Below are positions 61,270 through 64,000 of a stretch of 64,000 nucleotides of DNA, one piece after another; position 1 is the first letter of the stretch; the number at the start of each line of letters is the position of its first letter. The notes beneath the pieces were generated by a model. That model saw only the letters and a list, made by a program, of their open reading frames with translations, was not told the origin of the DNA and searched no databases. The DNA lies in the NCBI GenBank assembly GCA_008632985.1, contig QPGO01000038.1, positions 149,939 through 213,938 of the forward strand, in the 5' to 3' direction. Source of the DNA: Psammoneis japonica (Eukaryota). The position numbers were made by a program, and so were the translations under genes.

Positions 61270-62496
61270 ATGGCAGGTACTGCAGGAGGAGCAAGCCACG
61301 TTTCTGAGAAATACCGCTATGATTCCAGACGATGCAAATTTACAGCAATCATCATCTTGGCAGTTGCATCCTTGCATTCGTTCAGGGCAATGCTTACGGC
61401 ACCGGCAGAAACTTATTTTCAAGCAGCAACAACAACAGCCAGCAAGAATAGCACGAATAATAAACCCGTTGCAGTCATTCACATCGGTCCACGCAAGACG
61501 GGCTCCACAACGATTCAAACGCTTTTGTGCGACGACGAGGAAACTGCAAGATGCCTCAAGGAGGATTCGTTTGTATACGTGGGAAAATACAAGAACAGAC
61601 CTCCTCGAAAATATGTTCTCGAATGCTTTACAAGAGGAATCGACTGCGAAGAAAACAAGGACGAGTGGATGAACTTTAGCGGAGCTCTTGAGAAACTTTC
61701 TCTGCTGAATACCAACATTATTTATTCAGAAGAAGCGCTCATGCGCATCTCAGACTATGGACTATTGCTTCTGCAACAAGCTCTTGTTGGATTTAGAGTT
61801 AGAGTCATTGTTGCGTATCGCAGGTACAATGAATGGGTGCTTTCGGAACACAATCAGAAGGCTCGGGATATGATCAACCAGACAAATTTCAAACAGACGA
61901 TAGCTCCGTTTCCTTCTTGGCTCAGAAAGCAGCTTGGCAGATCCCCAGATAAAACATTCATGCCGATATCGAGAGAGCGTGTCAAGGATTGGAAACGTTT
62001 CTTTCCCGATATCGAAATCTTCAATATACATGACCAACGTACACCCATGATGGAACGGTTCATTTGCAACCACATGATGCCAGAAGCCCAAGCGACTTGT
62101 GCGGCTGCAAAAGCCGGATTGCTTTCCTCTGGTTTTGGCACAAAGTACAACTTATCCAACAAGACTGTCGACGCCATTTTGATGTATCCGGCAGCCATTG
62201 CGGCGAACTTTACGCATGACCAAGCATTGACACTTGCTGCCGCAGTCAACAATAGTAACATGACCAGTAGTCTTCCGCTCTTGTGCCCAACCAAGGATGC
62301 TTTGGAAGAAATACTAAACATTTCTCTCCAACGGGAACGAGATCTTGTGCCTGCTTTCTTTGCTTTTGAAAAGGGCGAGAATGACATTCGAGAGACTTTT
62401 GCCAAGGATGTCAAGGAGAAAAAGTATTGCAATGTCAATATTCAAGAGTTTTTGAAAAGCCATGCACACGACATTCTGCACCATGATCAGTTGTAA
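61270..62496 (+). CDS. Sulfotransferase-like (P-loop fold) type II membrane protein
   Basis: N-terminal TM anchor; VIHIGPRKTGSTTIQ (5'-PSB-like loop); RVIVAYRRYNEWVLSEHNQ (3'-PB-like); 408 aa intact. Confidence 0.8.
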   Translation: MAGTAGGASHVSEKYRYDSRRCKFTAIIILAVASLHSFRAMLTAPAETYFQAATTTASKNSTNNKPVAVIHIGPRKTGSTTIQTLLCDDEETARCLKEDSFVYVGKYKNRPPRKYVLECFTRGIDCEENKDEWMNFSGALEKLSLLNTNIIYSEEALMRISDYGLLLLQQALVGFRVRVIVAYRRYNEWVLSEHNQKARDMINQTNFKQTIAPFPSWLRKQLGRSPDKTFMPISRERVKDWKRFFPDIEIFNIHDQRTPMMERFICNHMMPEAQATCAAAKAGLLSSGFGTKYNLSNKTVDAILMYPAAIAANFTHDQALTLAAAVNNSNMTSSLPLLCPTKDALEEILNISLQRERDLVPAFFAFEKGENDIRETFAKDVKEKKYCNVNIQEFLKSHAHDILHHDQL

Positions 62497-62598
62497 GATC
62501 TTGCAGGTAGCCATATGTGACAATAATTGTTTTGCGCTGATGCCGCTTACGAAACAAGAGGAGGCTACTTCAATGGTGTGTAGTTTTCTCACGAGAAC

Positions 62599-63140
62599 GT
62601 TGCGCGGGTTGGAGCTACAGGAAGTAGGGCCAACACTCGGCTCAACTTTCACTCTAGTTTTGCTTTGAACTTGGATAAACTTCGCTTGTATCACCTTGCC
62701 ATATTATTTTTTTGTTACTAGTGTTAGCAAATTGATAAACACTCTGTGGTATTCGTAACATCTAAATCGAGAAACCGTAGCTGCGAACTTCAACTAGAGT
62801 ACATTCGCTAGTTAGCTATTCGTCAGATCTTGCTGGTATGTGGCGATTGGTTCGCACTGTCGCTAATGAAACTCAGAGGAGACTTCGTTATCGCTGCGGT
62901 GTTTCCCTCGAGAAAGTTGTGCGGGTTGGAGCCACGGAAGTACCGGTAGGGCCAACGCACAACTCAACTTTCACTCTAGAGTTTTGCTTTGAACTTATTG
63001 GATAAACTTCGCTTGTATCACATTATCCTTTTGTTACTAAAGGTATAACGAGTTCATAAACACTCTGTGGTATTCGTATCATCTTAATCGAGAAACCGTA
63101 GCTAAACACTACAACTCCAGTGCATTCGCTAGATAGCATT
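62599..63140. repeat. ~320-bp-period intergenic tandem duplication between convergent genes
   Basis: gcgggttggagc...tagggccaac...ctcaactttcactctag...ggataaacttcgcttgtatcac...aaacactctgtggtattcgta...aatcgagaaaccgtagct occurs twice. Confidence 0.85.
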
Positions 63141-63237
63141 CGTATCAAGGCAGAAGTAGTGCTAGTTAGTATGGATATTCGTATCAAGGTAGCAGTAAGG
63201 TAGCATGATTGCCACACGCTTTGACATTTGTTGAATG

Positions 63238-64000
63238 TTAATCTTTGAGCATCCACCGCCAATCGCAAAAGCCATTATCCTTTCTTGCCCACTTTGTGAA
63301 CAAGCCCTCTACTTCGTGCTTGTTGTACACATTGTTCAATGGACTCTTGTGTTTCCGTACATTTATACCATAGACTCGCATTTCTTCCAGAATGAGATCC
63401 TCTTGCGGCTCAATTTCCCATGCTCGCAAAAATATCTTCCAATCTGCTAAACTCTTGTCGAATTCCAAGGTGTTTTCTTTTGCATACTCAAATGCCTCGA
63501 GGCTTTCAAGCGCAAGCTGAGGAAAGTGTCTTATTTCGTAAGGTTTCGCTCCATCACGAACTCTAACGATTACCTCTGGATCTGTCAAGCTTTTCTCGCA
63601 TCCCCACTGATCCATTAGAGTTTCCATTTGTACTGAATAATTTGAAATGTTGAACTGTCCAAGGACACGGAGGTGTGGATACTTGCGTCGACCAAAACAA
63701 AGATGTGACCGAGTTCCGTTTTCAAACACAGACACATGACCTTGCCAATCATGGAAACAATCCTTAATGCCACAAATTGTCTTTTCGAGAAGATTTCGAC
63801 GATAGACGTGGACAAAACGCGTATTCAATTCTTGCAAGCCCGCAACCACACCGGGAACGTTGTGTTTGGGTAGCAGCTTTACAATCATGGCGCGAGATAT
63901 ATTATTCCGAGAAATCGTTTCAAAAGTTGCATGAACCATCTCTATGCCTGCCTGTTGTGGTTCCATAATCGCCAGCGTATAATTGTAGTTTGGGTTTCGG
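63238..64000 (-). CDS. Sulfotransferase-like protein (Stf0-type motif), 5'-truncated by the window edge
   Basis: The frame stays open to position 64000; FVHVYRRNLLEKTIC resembles the R-x-N-x-L 3'-PB motif of Stf0-like sulfotransferases. Confidence 0.55.
   Translation of the reverse strand, partial: RNPNYNYTLAIMEPQQAGIEMVHATFETISRNNISRAMIVKLLPKHNVPGVVAGLQELNTRFVHVYRRNLLEKTICGIKDCFHDWQGHVSVFENGTRSHLCFGRRKYPHLRVLGQFNISNYSVQMETLMDQWGCEKSLTDPEVIVRVRDGAKPYEIRHFPQLALESLEAFEYAKENTLEFDKSLADWKIFLRAWEIEPQEDLILEEMRVYGINVRKHKSPLNNVYNKHEVEGLFTKWARKDNGFCDWRWMLKD

Noticed and set aside
1..64000. rRNA, tRNA or prokaryotic defence/operon systems
   Set aside because: None recognised by eye; tRNAscan-SE and Infernal/Rfam searches would be needed to exclude small RNA genes.

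Overview
Eukaryotic nuclear DNA, most likely from a diatom (inferred from a CoDi-like Copia element with LxQVDDF/GHPE motifs, plastid-type signal peptides, diatom-type sulfotransferase-like genes and short GT-AG introns). The window alternates between two sharply bounded kinds of sequence. (1) Ordinary gene-rich DNA at about 24.7-39.7, 44.3-54.2 and 60.85-64 kb. It encodes a carrier-like protein, an acidic repeat protein, a P4-ATPase flippase, a hypothetical protein, a TM/EGF/FG-GAP protein, a DUF3598-like plastid protein, a PPIL4/CYP59-like cyclophilin-RRM and two sulfotransferase-like proteins. (2) Repeat/TE domains at about 1-24.66, 39.7-44.3 and 54.3-60.85 kb, where TpA is almost absent, CpG is reduced, and TpG/CpA dominate. 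The first domain is a ~5.2-kb-unit macrosatellite holding nested insertions (TIR element > Copia LTR retrotransposon > MITE) plus a second, young MITE. The main finding is a repeat-targeted TpA->TpG/CpA mutation signature, opposite in direction to fungal RIP. Conserved Copia tyrosines read as Cys/His, and the two LTRs differ almost only at CA/TG/CG/TA dinucleotides. Two apparently younger MITEs inside the domain still keep their TpA. All assignments were made by eye from motifs and alignments; no database search or dinucleotide count was run.
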